Source of the DNA: Blastocatellia bacterium
GTDB taxonomy: Bacteria > Acidobacteriota > Blastocatellia > UBA7656
DNA: 64,000 nucleotides
Assembly (NCBI GenBank): GCA_963765495.1
Contig: CAVXWP010000001.1
Span: 352,001-416,000, forward strand
Direction of reading: 5' to 3'
Below the pieces are notes generated by a model. That model made no database searches and was not told where the DNA came from. It saw only the letters and a list, made by a program, of their open reading frames with translations. Of the stretch, positions 49,567-58,768 are shown piece by piece; position 1 is the stretch's first letter; every line of letters starts with the position of its first letter. The position numbers and the translations under genes were made by a program.

Positions 49567-50191
49567 AGGTTACAGAACCGAGACCCCCTCAATCGAAGAG
49601 ATGTTGCCTCCGACGGCGAAACGGCGCGTACACGAGCGCATCGCGCTCAAGATACGCGAATTCGCCGGGGTTCCCATAGACCGACCGCTCAATCCCTGGA
49701 AACTGGCTCCATACGTAAAGATTCGAGTGATGAATCTCAAGGATGTCGAGGGGCTTTCCGAAGAGAGTCGAAGGTTGCTCGTAGGCGATAACGGCAAGAG
49801 CTGGTCGGGTGGGGCGACTCGTCCTCTGCCTGACGGGTCCCGGCTGGTCTTTCTCAATCCAAACCATACTACCGAGCGGCAGGCGGCTACATTGATGGAA
49901 GAGATATGTCACGTCATACTGGGGCACTCACCCACACGGCTGACCTTTCAGGCGCAGGAGGACAGGGAAGTCCATTTTCGAAACTTCGATGAAAATCAGG
50001 AAGAAGTGGCTTACGCCGTAGGGGCTGCCGCGCTGGTTCCATACTTTACACTCAAGCACGCGGTTATGGCCGGGTTGAGCGCCGAAAGAATTGCCCGACG
50101 ACTGGCCGTCAGTCGGGTTCTGGTCGAATACAGAATAAAAGTCTGTCGCCTCTGGAGCGAATACAAGGAGAGAGGCAGATTATCCGGCTAG
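49559..50191 (+). CDS. ImmA/IrrE-family metallopeptidase, EExxH variant
   Basis: VFLNPNH...RQAATLMEEICHVILGH...EEVAYAVGAAALVP, then HTH-like IARRLAVSRVLVEYRI; ATG 49559 overlaps the XRE stop. Confidence 0.85.
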   Translation: MAEGYRTETPSIEEMLPPTAKRRVHERIALKIREFAGVPIDRPLNPWKLAPYVKIRVMNLKDVEGLSEESRRLLVGDNGKSWSGGATRPLPDGSRLVFLNPNHTTERQAATLMEEICHVILGHSPTRLTFQAQEDREVHFRNFDENQEEVAYAVGAAALVPYFTLKHAVMAGLSAERIARRLAVSRVLVEYRIKVCRLWSEYKERGRLSG

Positions 50192-50292
50192 CGACGACTC
50201 GCGCGCACGCATTTCGATACATATTGAATCACTGAACGAGGACGCTCGTTCTTATTTGGTGATTTTGACTTCGAATTCCCCCAAATAGTATA

Positions 50293-50321
50293 TAGACAGC
50301 GGGTTTCTATTCCAATATAAT
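50293..50321 (+). promoter_or_regulatory. Putative sigma70 promoter
   Basis: TAGACA, 17-bp spacer, TATAAT. Confidence 0.65.
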
Positions 50322-50365
50322 GCACTTACCCCTTAGGTTGACTACTTTGAGTCGGAGGTGACAAA

Positions 50366-50722
50366 GTGGACAACCTTATGAAGGTTAAGGTGGTTGGCGG
50401 GCGTGAGTGGGACGCGCTGTCGGGCACGTTGAGAAAAGAGCAGCACCTCATCCGCGATGATATAATCTACAGAGACGAGCAAACCGGCTCGCAGGTCGAA
50501 TCTTCATCAAATCACCTCAACCACACTTATATTAAGTTTTGTAACGTTTCTAACCTTCCTTTTGAGCAAAATTCGTTCGCAAGACTTCTACCCCCAGATT
50601 CAGCAGCCAAAATCGAGAAAACCATCGCTAAACGGCCGCCCATTTACTCATCTCCCCCGTATGTGCCTTTTGGGCCGGGCGTATTTGCCGATAAAGCTAC
50701 TGAGAGGAAGTGCCTACAGTGA
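50366..50722 (+). CDS. Hypothetical protein
   Basis: GGAGGT RBS, promoter upstream, GTGA overlap with the response regulator; no recognisable motif. Confidence 0.5.
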   Translation: MDNLMKVKVVGGREWDALSGTLRKEQHLIRDDIIYRDEQTGSQVESSSNHLNHTYIKFCNVSNLPFEQNSFARLLPPDSAAKIEKTIAKRPPIYSSPPYVPFGPGVFADKATERKCLQ

Positions 50723-51114
50723 CGAAAAAGATACTTGTTGTTGATGACAGCGACGATACACGCGAAATGATGGCCAAGTTATTGGAGCTTGAATCCTTCG
50801 ACGTGATAACGGCCGAAGATGGTCGCGTCGGATTTAATGTGGCTCAGAACGAACATCCCGACCTCATTATCACAGACATTAATATGCCAAACCTCAACGG
50901 CATCGAAATGATAAAGCTCATACGCCAGGAACCGGAGTTTGGGAAAGTACCGATAATGGCCATCACGGCTTATGGCAGCGGCATTGCGGCAGAAGCACTG
51001 GAGGCCGGGGCCAATCAGGCTACGACTAAGCCAATTGAATTTGATTCATTGATAGGGGGAATCAAGCGACTGCTGGATTTGTCAAAAACCAACGGAAAAT
51101 ACACCGGGTTCTAA
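50719..51114 (+). CDS. Single-domain response regulator (DivK/CheY-like)
   Basis: ILVVDDS, ITDINMP, AITA, TKPI. Confidence 0.9.
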   Translation: MTKKILVVDDSDDTREMMAKLLELESFDVITAEDGRVGFNVAQNEHPDLIITDINMPNLNGIEMIKLIRQEPEFGKVPIMAITAYGSGIAAEALEAGANQATTKPIEFDSLIGGIKRLLDLSKTNGKYTGF

Positions 51115-51145
51115 TGGATATTCTGTGCGGGACCGGATACTAAAA

Positions 51146-51200
51146 GACAGGATCAACAGAATCAGATCAAGAAATTCTTGCCGGTTCTGCTGGTCCTGTC
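51146..51200. repeat. Degenerate family B hairpin element
   Basis: gacaggatcaacagaatc ... ggttctgctggtcctgtc between convergent genes. Confidence 0.6.
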
Positions 51201-51243
51201 CGAATAATTCCCACCTAAGCGTGCGATCCCAATCGATTCAAGT

Positions 51244-52212
51244 CTACTGTAGCACCTGCGCCAGGAGTTCTCCCGGCAGAATGCCGACTATCTTGACATC
51301 ATTGTTGACGCCGGTAACGGTAACGGTCTTGAGCGCGCTGGCAAACATAGCCATCTTCGGGTCTTTGGAAGCGCCGAGAAAGCCTCTGGCCATATCGAGC
51401 AATCCATTAAGCTGATTGGCAATTGCCAGAGCGTGCTCGGCCGTGTCGTTGCGCAAGGTTGCGTTCAGGTCTAAACCTGTCGTGACATCAATTGATCCGA
51501 ATATCAAATTGATGGAAGAAAAATCGGGCAGAGGCAACTGGCTGGCTTCGACGGAGTTGGCCAGGGCCGGGGTCACAACAAAGGCGAAGCGGATTGCCGC
51601 GGGCAAAGTCTCTGACATCGCCTGTCCCACTTTAGCGTTTTGCGCTATGCCGGGCTTTTCACCCTTACGGGTATCTATCGAAGCCCGAACACCCGCGCTG
51701 TTGCCAAAGGCGACCGTCGCCGAATCGTAAAAAGCAAAAACCATGTCATCGTGCTTCACATCCGTATTGGCTGTCCGCTCAGAGGGCGTGGCTGTGTATA
51801 CGTCTACACCCTTGTAGTTTTCGGATGTGATCTTGATTTTCTGGTCTGCGCGGAGGCGCGAAAGCAGGTCGGATTGATTGAACGAGCCCGTCACGACTCC
51901 TGTGAAATTGCTAAACCCCGAAGACGGCAAAACAACCGCGACGGTGTGCAGATCTTCAAGCTTCAATCCCAGTTTCCCAATATCGTTTTGCGCCTTATCG
52001 AGTGAACTCTTTATCTTGCTTTGAGCAGAGATTGTAGACCACAAACTGCTCGATGTGATTTTCTGAACATCAACGATGACGACACCAGAGCCGTCCGGCA
52101 ATAACGGCAACAACTCGCTGCCGACCTGAGCGGCGGGCTGCGCCGATGTCCACTTCATTCCGGAGCTTAAAGCGAGAGCCAGCACTATTGCTGCTAGAGC
52201 GAATCTTTTCAT
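51244..52212 (-). CDS. Secreted hypothetical protein (DUF3352-like)
   Basis: Signal peptide MKRFALAA from 52212; LLPLLP..SGVVIVDV and ENYKGVDVY patterns. Confidence 0.7.
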   Translation of the reverse strand: MKRFALAAIVLALALSSGMKWTSAQPAAQVGSELLPLLPDGSGVVIVDVQKITSSSLWSTISAQSKIKSSLDKAQNDIGKLGLKLEDLHTVAVVLPSSGFSNFTGVVTGSFNQSDLLSRLRADQKIKITSENYKGVDVYTATPSERTANTDVKHDDMVFAFYDSATVAFGNSAGVRASIDTRKGEKPGIAQNAKVGQAMSETLPAAIRFAFVVTPALANSVEASQLPLPDFSSINLIFGSIDVTTGLDLNATLRNDTAEHALAIANQLNGLLDMARGFLGASKDPKMAMFASALKTVTVTGVNNDVKIVGILPGELLAQVLQ

Positions 52213-52570
52213 AGCAAATTCCTTTCTGATCCTTTCTCTCATCTCCACCTGACAATGATTCCAAATTATCATACCAGCCGTACGTATCGAGTCGAATTTC
52301 AATTATAAGCTTGAACGGGGCTTGACCAAAGCTAAATCTTGCCTGTGCTCGCATATTAGAACGTACGCAGCATGCCGAAGGTTTGCCCAAACCAAAAAAA
52401 AATCGCTAATCTGAGCGAACTGATCTGGCTGATATATTCCCTCGGCTCGCTTTTCGAGTACTGCCAGCCTTGCGGGGCCGACAGATGCTTGCTTAGAATT
52501 AACCTTCTTATGAATAGCTTCTCTTCAGGTTGTCTATACATAGTGCGGTCCCGAAAACGCTTTTTAAATC

Positions 52571-54514
52571 ATGTCTAAAAAGAAACAAGCAAACAGAGAT
52601 TCACGCGCAGTTGAGGTCTCATTAACGCCGGAAGAAGGTGGTGCTGCGGTTACACGCGAGCCATCGGCAAAAGGCCGTCCTCTCACCGAATGGCGAGACG
52701 CTTACCGGTTGATCCCGGTGGCATTGGCGATCATAGCTTCGATCAATGTGATCTGGAACGGCTTTGTTCTCGATGATATTCAGCAGATCATAAGCAGACC
52801 CTTTATCGGAACACTGGCCAAGCTGCCTTCGGTCTTTACGACCGGCGTAGCGCCTTCGACCGCCGAAGCGCCTTTTCTGTCGGATTTTTCCTATCGTCCG
52901 GTTTTAAGCGTCCTGTTTATGATAAGCCATGCGCTGTTTGGCGATTCGCCGTGGGGCTGGCATCTAATGAGCGTGCTGATACACGCAGCAGTAACCTGGC
53001 TGGTCTTTGTGATGCTCAGCGAACTGACTGGCCGCCAGATGCTTGCCGCGCTCGCCGCCGCTTTATTTGCCGTGCATCCGTCACACGCCGAATCCATAGC
53101 CTGGGTTTCAGCCGTGGCCGAACCTCTGATGGCCCTTTTCCTTGTGCCGTCGTTCTACTTTTATTTGAAGTACAGAAAAAGCGGCGCGGGAAAACATCTG
53201 TGGCTTGCGCTGGGTCTGTATTTATTTGCCCTGTGGAGCAAAGAATCTGCCCTTGTATTTCCGCTGCTCATTGTCTTGTATGAATTTATCTGCTTAAGGA
53301 ATCGAGCGCCGATAAAGGCTGGAACAATGCGCGCTCTGAAAATTGCCGGGATTTTTGCGTTGCCCGCCGTGATCTATCTCGGTCTGCGTTACGCAATCAT
53401 CGGTCGTCTGTCGTTTGGAGGCGATCCGATTTATCCGGTCATCTCGGTCATTCGAACCGCCCCGCTTGCTCTTGTAAAATATCTGAAGCTTGCGCTGATC
53501 CCGACAGGCTACAGCTATCTCCACTACACGGTTCTTGTCGCATCCTTCGCATCTCTATCTTTTCTCCTTCTTCTGGGATTGCTTGCGGCGCTCACGGCAG
53601 TTGTAGCATTCATCAGATCGCGGGCGCTTACGTTTGCGGCTCTGTGGTTTGTCGTGATGCTTGTGCCTGCGCTCACGGGGATGCGTTATTTCGATCCCGA
53701 ACATTTGATCCAGGAAAGTCTGCTCTACTTGCCGTCAATCGGGTTCTGTCTGGCCGTGGCAACAGGCATCGAGTGGCTCGCAATCCGCAATCCGTCCTCT
53801 ACGACCGGACGAGTGGCGGCGGTCGTGGCCACGACGGTTATCGTGATCGTCTGGGGCGCTGTTTACATCAGACAAAATCACACGTGGCAAGAGACTATGT
53901 CGGTGTACAGGAATGCGGTGGCTGCCGCTCCGTCCTCGCCCGTGGCGCACGCATCGCTCGGCCATCTCTATTTTGATTCCGGCAGGCCGCGCGAGGCCGA
54001 AGCCGAGACTCAAACCGCGCTCGATCTTGATAGCAAGTGCGCAAGCGCCTATATCAACATGAGTTACTTCGCTCAGGGCGCGGGCAAGACAAACGAGGCG
54101 ATTGATTATCTTGAGCGCGCTACAAAAGAGATAAGCGAAGAACCGATGACGCGCAAAGATCTGTCTGCCATCTATCTGAATCTGAGCCTGCTATACATCA
54201 GGCGCAATGACATCGCGCAGGCGGAGCAGTCAGTGCTTCGATCTAAAGATATATGGCCGCGCCCGGCTGCCTGGTACTATGCGGGGCTTTTTTATTACGA
54301 TCAGTCGCGCTTTCAAGAGGCGCTGGATATGTTCTCAAATGTGCTTGGCGACATCTCTCCAACATATCCGACCATTTACTTAAAGCTTGGCGACATTTAT
54401 GAGCAACTCGGGCAAAAAGAGCGCGCGCGAGCATCTTATAGAAAATTCCTTGAGATAGCGCCCGCCGATGCGCCGGAGCGAAGACAGGTAAGCCTGCATT
54501 TGCTCAGACTGTGA
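52571..54514 (+). CDS. TMTC-like GT-C membrane glycosyltransferase with C-terminal TPRs
   Basis: GFVLDD, YRP, LFAVHPSHAESIAW, SKE, LYLPS; many TMs followed by TPRs. Confidence 0.85.
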   Translation: MSKKKQANRDSRAVEVSLTPEEGGAAVTREPSAKGRPLTEWRDAYRLIPVALAIIASINVIWNGFVLDDIQQIISRPFIGTLAKLPSVFTTGVAPSTAEAPFLSDFSYRPVLSVLFMISHALFGDSPWGWHLMSVLIHAAVTWLVFVMLSELTGRQMLAALAAALFAVHPSHAESIAWVSAVAEPLMALFLVPSFYFYLKYRKSGAGKHLWLALGLYLFALWSKESALVFPLLIVLYEFICLRNRAPIKAGTMRALKIAGIFALPAVIYLGLRYAIIGRLSFGGDPIYPVISVIRTAPLALVKYLKLALIPTGYSYLHYTVLVASFASLSFLLLLGLLAALTAVVAFIRSRALTFAALWFVVMLVPALTGMRYFDPEHLIQESLLYLPSIGFCLAVATGIEWLAIRNPSSTTGRVAAVVATTVIVIVWGAVYIRQNHTWQETMSVYRNAVAAAPSSPVAHASLGHLYFDSGRPREAEAETQTALDLDSKCASAYINMSYFAQGAGKTNEAIDYLERATKEISEEPMTRKDLSAIYLNLSLLYIRRNDIAQAEQSVLRSKDIWPRPAAWYYAGLFYYDQSRFQEALDMFSNVLGDISPTYPTIYLKLGDIYEQLGQKERARASYRKFLEIAPADAPERRQVSLHLLRL

Positions 54515-54566
54515 GGCGACATAGAAGATAATTGTTTCGATAAGAGATAAGGGTCAGGAGGGTGAT

Positions 54567-55412
54567 ATGATAAAATCGATTGGTGTGATAGGGGCAGGAA
54601 CTATGGGCAACGGCATCGCACAGGTTGCGGCGCGGGCCGGCCTCGGGGTAATAATGCGCGACCTCACCGAAGAGTTTCTAAGTCGCGGCCTTTCAGCTAT
54701 CGATAAAAGCCTCCAGCGAGACGTTGACAAACAGCGTCTGACAATCGAAGCAAAAGAAGAGATCAAATCACGCATCAAATCCGTCACAAATATTGAGGAG
54801 TTGCGCGACGTGGATTTTATAGTCGAGGCCGTAAGCGAAGACCTCGGTGTCAAGTCAGAGCTTTTTCGACAGGTTGATCGCGTAGCGCGGAAGGACGTCT
54901 TACTGGCGAGCAACACAAGCTCGATTTCAATCACAAAGATTGCCGCGGTCACATCGCGCCCGGACAAATTTATAGGCATGCACTTCATGAATCCCGTGCC
55001 GGTGATGAAACTGGTCGAGATAATACGCGGCGCGGCCACCTCTGATGAGACCTATACCATCACGCGCGAGCTTGCAGAGACTATGGGTAAGATTCCTGTC
55101 GAGGTGAATGACGCGCCGGGATTTGTATCAAACAGGGTCTTGATGCCGATGATAAACGAAGCGGCCTTTGCGCTCTACGAAGGAGTAGCAACAGCCGAAG
55201 CGATTGATCAAATAATGAAACTGGGCATGAATCACCCTATGGGGCCGCTTGAGCTTGCCGATTTCATCGGCCTTGATGTTTGCCTCGCGATAATGAATGT
55301 GCTATATGATGGGTTTAATGATTCCAAATACCGGCCGTGCCCTCTGCTCAAAAAGTATGTTGATGCAGGCTGGCTCGGTCGCAAGAGCGGAAAGGGATTT
55401 TATAGTTACTGA
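54567..55412 (+). CDS. hbd: 3-hydroxybutyryl-CoA dehydrogenase
   Basis: GAGTMG, ASNTSS, GMHFMNP, HPMGPL, GRKSGKGFY. Confidence 0.95.
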   Translation: MIKSIGVIGAGTMGNGIAQVAARAGLGVIMRDLTEEFLSRGLSAIDKSLQRDVDKQRLTIEAKEEIKSRIKSVTNIEELRDVDFIVEAVSEDLGVKSELFRQVDRVARKDVLLASNTSSISITKIAAVTSRPDKFIGMHFMNPVPVMKLVEIIRGAATSDETYTITRELAETMGKIPVEVNDAPGFVSNRVLMPMINEAAFALYEGVATAEAIDQIMKLGMNHPMGPLELADFIGLDVCLAIMNVLYDGFNDSKYRPCPLLKKYVDAGWLGRKSGKGFYSY

Positions 55413-55508
55413 TCGCCGACGAAATAAGATGGCGAAACCGGTTGCTGAGACCGATTTCAAAACCTTGGGCCGGATGGCAAGCAACGAGAAACTGGTAGCT
55501 TAATTGAA

Positions 55509-56756
55509 ATGATATTTTGTCAACGATGCGCTCATGCCAACCCCTATAACCGTGAAAGCTGTTACGTCTGCGGCAGCAAGCTGTTGATAATCACCAACAC
55601 GCGAACGGCAGCGGCATACGGAGGGGTTGAAAACCTCATAAGGCCCACGATAGAAGAGCATCTGCTCGAACGAATCAGCGCGCTCGAATCGGCGCTTCAG
55701 CAAGCGCACGAAAGATTGGAAGTCATGCTCGATCTGGTCCATCGCCAGGCTACGAGCGGCCTCTACGATCACGCTATGCTTGATGCGCTGGTCGAGCATC
55801 TCTCTGAAAAGGGAGCGGTCGAAGGCGGCAAACTCGAGACGCTCTGGCGCGACCGCGTGGCGGAACATTATGAGGAGGTCAGCGAGCAGGAACAATTCGA
55901 GCAACGCATCGAGCGGATGCTCGGCACTTTCAAAGGCGAAAACTTCGATCTCTTCACTCGCCTCCTCAATACCGGAGCCGATCTCTTTATCGAAGGGAAC
56001 GCCAGACGCGGGATTCGCTATTTCGAGAAGGCGCTCTTGATGGATGCGACAAACGCGCCGCTTGCTTTCTTTATCGGCGAACATTTCTTTGTCATAAATA
56101 AACCTGTGCTTGCGCGCGCTTATCTGGAGAGCGCGGTCGAACAGGAGCCCGAGAATTATCTTGCGATGTCTATGCTCGGGGTCATCTGCGGGGACGACGG
56201 CGATCTGAATTCCGCCAAGCGGTATTTGAGCCGGGCGCTCAAGATCAGAAAAGATTCCTTCACCGCTCATTACGGGCTGGGCCGAATACTGGTGAGCGAA
56301 GGCAAGTTACGCGAAGCCATCTCACACCTCAAGCGTGCCCTGATACTAAAACCTACGCCTGAGATGTACTATCTCGTAGGCCGGGCTTATCTTGAATACG
56401 GACGAACCGAAATAGCCGTGCATCATCTGCTCCGCTGCATCGAGATGGACCCGAAATTCGACGCGGCGCTTTATCATCTGGGGCTGATCTATCTGAAGCA
56501 GGAAGATTTTCTGCGCGCGCAAGAGCACTTCCGCGCCGCATACGAGATCAATCCGCGAGAACCGCGTTATCGCGTGGCGCTAAGGGCGCGAAAGGCGGGC
56601 CAGCTTGCTCCTCTGCCCGTATTTGGGCGCGCGGCCGTCTCTAATCGAAAGGTGGTTACAAACGGGGATGTACGATTGATAGAATTGCTTCGCAGCGATT
56701 TGCTCGAGTCTCAACCAACGGGCGTTGATTTGAGAAAAGGTCAAAAGCGAGGCTAA
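55509..56756 (+). CDS. Zinc-ribbon, coiled-coil and TPR protein
   Basis: CQRC...CYVC N-terminus; multiple TPRs. Confidence 0.8.
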   Translation: MIFCQRCAHANPYNRESCYVCGSKLLIITNTRTAAAYGGVENLIRPTIEEHLLERISALESALQQAHERLEVMLDLVHRQATSGLYDHAMLDALVEHLSEKGAVEGGKLETLWRDRVAEHYEEVSEQEQFEQRIERMLGTFKGENFDLFTRLLNTGADLFIEGNARRGIRYFEKALLMDATNAPLAFFIGEHFFVINKPVLARAYLESAVEQEPENYLAMSMLGVICGDDGDLNSAKRYLSRALKIRKDSFTAHYGLGRILVSEGKLREAISHLKRALILKPTPEMYYLVGRAYLEYGRTEIAVHHLLRCIEMDPKFDAALYHLGLIYLKQEDFLRAQEHFRAAYEINPREPRYRVALRARKAGQLAPLPVFGRAAVSNRKVVTNGDVRLIELLRSDLLESQPTGVDLRKGQKRG

Positions 56757-56779
56757 AGCGACGGAAACGGAAGAAACCG

Positions 56780-56825
56780 AAAGAACAAAAGCGGAAGCAT
56801 CACACCTCCGCTTTTGTTCTTTTTG
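56780..56825. terminator. Hairpin between convergent genes, probable bidirectional terminator
   Basis: aaagaacaaaagcgga ... tccgcttttgttcttt. Confidence 0.7.
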
Positions 56826-56851
56826 GTTTGAATACCGTACTTTTAATCCCG

Positions 56852-57115
56852 TCAATGTGCCGTGGCACTTTCGTGCGAGCGACTGCCGTTAGGCAAAACC
56901 TCGACACTGCGTGTTGTGGTCTTGAAAGCCGCGCGTGTATTTGATGTCAAACTGTAGCTGTCGAAACCGAACGAATCCAGATAGGTGGCCAGATCATCGC
57001 TTGCCGATATGTAAAGCACCGGCTTGTGCCCAAAATAATCTGTGATTTCAAGGAGTCGTTCGATGACCTCTACAGGGGAAAATGTTCTTGCCGGGTCTCG
57101 GAAACTAGCCATCAT
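56852..57115 (-). CDS. Small hypothetical protein
   Basis: AAGGAG RBS before ATG; no motif recognised. Confidence 0.55.
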   Translation of the reverse strand: MMASFRDPARTFSPVEVIERLLEITDYFGHKPVLYISASDDLATYLDSFGFDSYSLTSNTRAAFKTTTRSVEVLPNGSRSHESATAH

Positions 57116-57395
57116 AAACTCCTTTCTTTTTTTTATACGGGCCGGAATCTTAAATAGTTTTCTTTGGCCGCTATTTTAAGATGCCTCCGCTCCGGGTGAA
57201 GTTGTAATGCATTTCTTCACTCATTAATTGAGAACGAGCCTTGTAAAGCAATCTTGCGCTCGAAGTCGTTTGATGTGAGGACAAGGGGGCAGCCGTCTTT
57301 CAGCTTATGACGCGTACAACAGAATGAAACTGGCGAAGCAAACGGCGAGGCCGGCTACAGCCGGCCTCGGTTCATCAAAATGGCAACAGATTCGA

Positions 57396-57665
57396 TTACT
57401 CACTGGAACCGCTCTTAGCGCCGGTCGAGGCCTTGGTTTCGGACTTTTTTTTCTCAGCCGGTTTATCGGCGCTCGCGGATGCAGATTTGCCCGAGTAATC
57501 AGTGAGATACCAGCCCGACCCTTTGAGTTGAAAGCTTGTGCGCGACATAATCTTTTCAAGTTTGCCCCGGCACTTCTGACAGCGCTTGGGTGGCGCATCT
57601 CCAACTTTCTGTATTACCTCAAGGTGAGAGCCGCATTTCTCGCAAACATACTCATAAATTGGCAT
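57396..57665 (-). CDS. FmdB-family zinc-ribbon protein
   Basis: MPIYEYVCEKCG...CQKC...FQLKGSGWYLTDY; GGAGGT RBS. Confidence 0.92.
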   Translation of the reverse strand: MPIYEYVCEKCGSHLEVIQKVGDAPPKRCQKCRGKLEKIMSRTSFQLKGSGWYLTDYSGKSASASADKPAEKKKSETKASTGAKSGSSE

Positions 57666-57712
57666 ACGGTTGCATCACCTCCAATAGCTGAATCGTAAAA
57701 CCTTACATTGAA

Positions 57713-57779
57713 ATACTAGCACGGCGAACCTTCTGCTTCAAGATACTTGCTTGACTTCGGTTGGAGCAGATTTTAAATT
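57713..57779. promoter_or_regulatory. Back-to-back putative sigma70 promoters
   Basis: Minus strand TTGAAG-17-TAGTAT (57741-57713); plus strand TTGACT-17-TAAATT from 57751. Confidence 0.5.
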
Positions 57780-57785
57780 TTATCT

Positions 57786-58358
57786 ATGCCGGTCGATTCA
57801 GACCTGCGTTTTCATTATTTACAGCGGGCTTTTGGAGATGAATGGATGGAGACTAGATGCTGTTTCAATTCAATCCAGATGAAGGCTGTTCACACAGCAA
57901 AAAGGCGGGCAGGCGACTTGATAACCGATTATTACAGGGTTGCCCCCCGCGAGTGGCGGCAGATGCCTTACGAAGTAAAGACCTTAAAGGCGCTCGATTC
58001 GACCGAGATAACCGATGAGGCGCTGGCTCAAACACTCTGCTACGGCATCAGGCGGGAAGCCGGACCTCTGGTTCTCGAAGAAGGCGAGCTATATCGTATC
58101 TGCCTGCAGGATCATCGCATACTCGGAGCGGCGCGAGACACCCGCGCGCGCCTCGATGCGCTGCTCACTTATGTGCTCACTCATGAGCTTGTGCACGTTG
58201 TCAGATTCGGCCAGCGATTGCAGGCCATAGATTTACCCTACGACCTTCGCCTTCACGAAGAGCAGAGGGTTGAACGGACTACGCGAGCCATCCTGGCAAA
58301 GACCCATGATCCTGAAATAAGCCGCATACTGTCAGAAAGACCCGATCATCTAATTTGA
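57786..58358 (+). CDS. Small zincin-like protein (HExxH)
   Basis: YVLTHELVHVVRF...HEE; the true start may be ATG 57844. Confidence 0.7.
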   Translation: MPVDSDLRFHYLQRAFGDEWMETRCCFNSIQMKAVHTAKRRAGDLITDYYRVAPREWRQMPYEVKTLKALDSTEITDEALAQTLCYGIRREAGPLVLEEGELYRICLQDHRILGAARDTRARLDALLTYVLTHELVHVVRFGQRLQAIDLPYDLRLHEEQRVERTTRAILAKTHDPEISRILSERPDHLI

Positions 58359-58768
58359 TCTCCCTTATTGCTCCGATTTTTCTTGTCCAGGTCACCTGAT
58401 TCCCTCATTCCTCAATGAGAAAATTGTAAGTTCTGACTGAGAGGTGCAAAAAACTACTGCTCCTTTCCGTCTGAGTTTATAAAGGGAGTTTAGAGCTTAT
58501 GCCCAATCATGTACCTATAGGTGAGCGTGAGAATGCTCCGCTGGCCGTTTGTATAAACGATTGCAAGATAGATTTTGGCCAGCATCAGTCAGAACTGGTT
58601 GAAGTATGCTTTCTGCTCGGATGCGCTTTCGCTGAAATGCGTTGGGGGAGGCCTGATAATGAAAGTTCCGATCCTGTCCCTCTCTTTTCGCAAAAAACAT
58701 GTCCCCTTACACTGGCAAGAGATCAGGGATAACAAAAAGAAAATCTCAAATTGATAATAAAATAGCGA

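Noticed and set aside
47052-50191. Prophage or ICE interpretation of the XRE/ImmA/Sak-like genes
   Set aside because: No integrase, att-like repeat, replication or structural genes in the flanks. A domesticated remnant cannot be excluded.
58499-58732. 77-aa ORF in an AT-richer gap
   Set aside because: No motif, weak RBS and atypical composition; cannot be supported as a gene.
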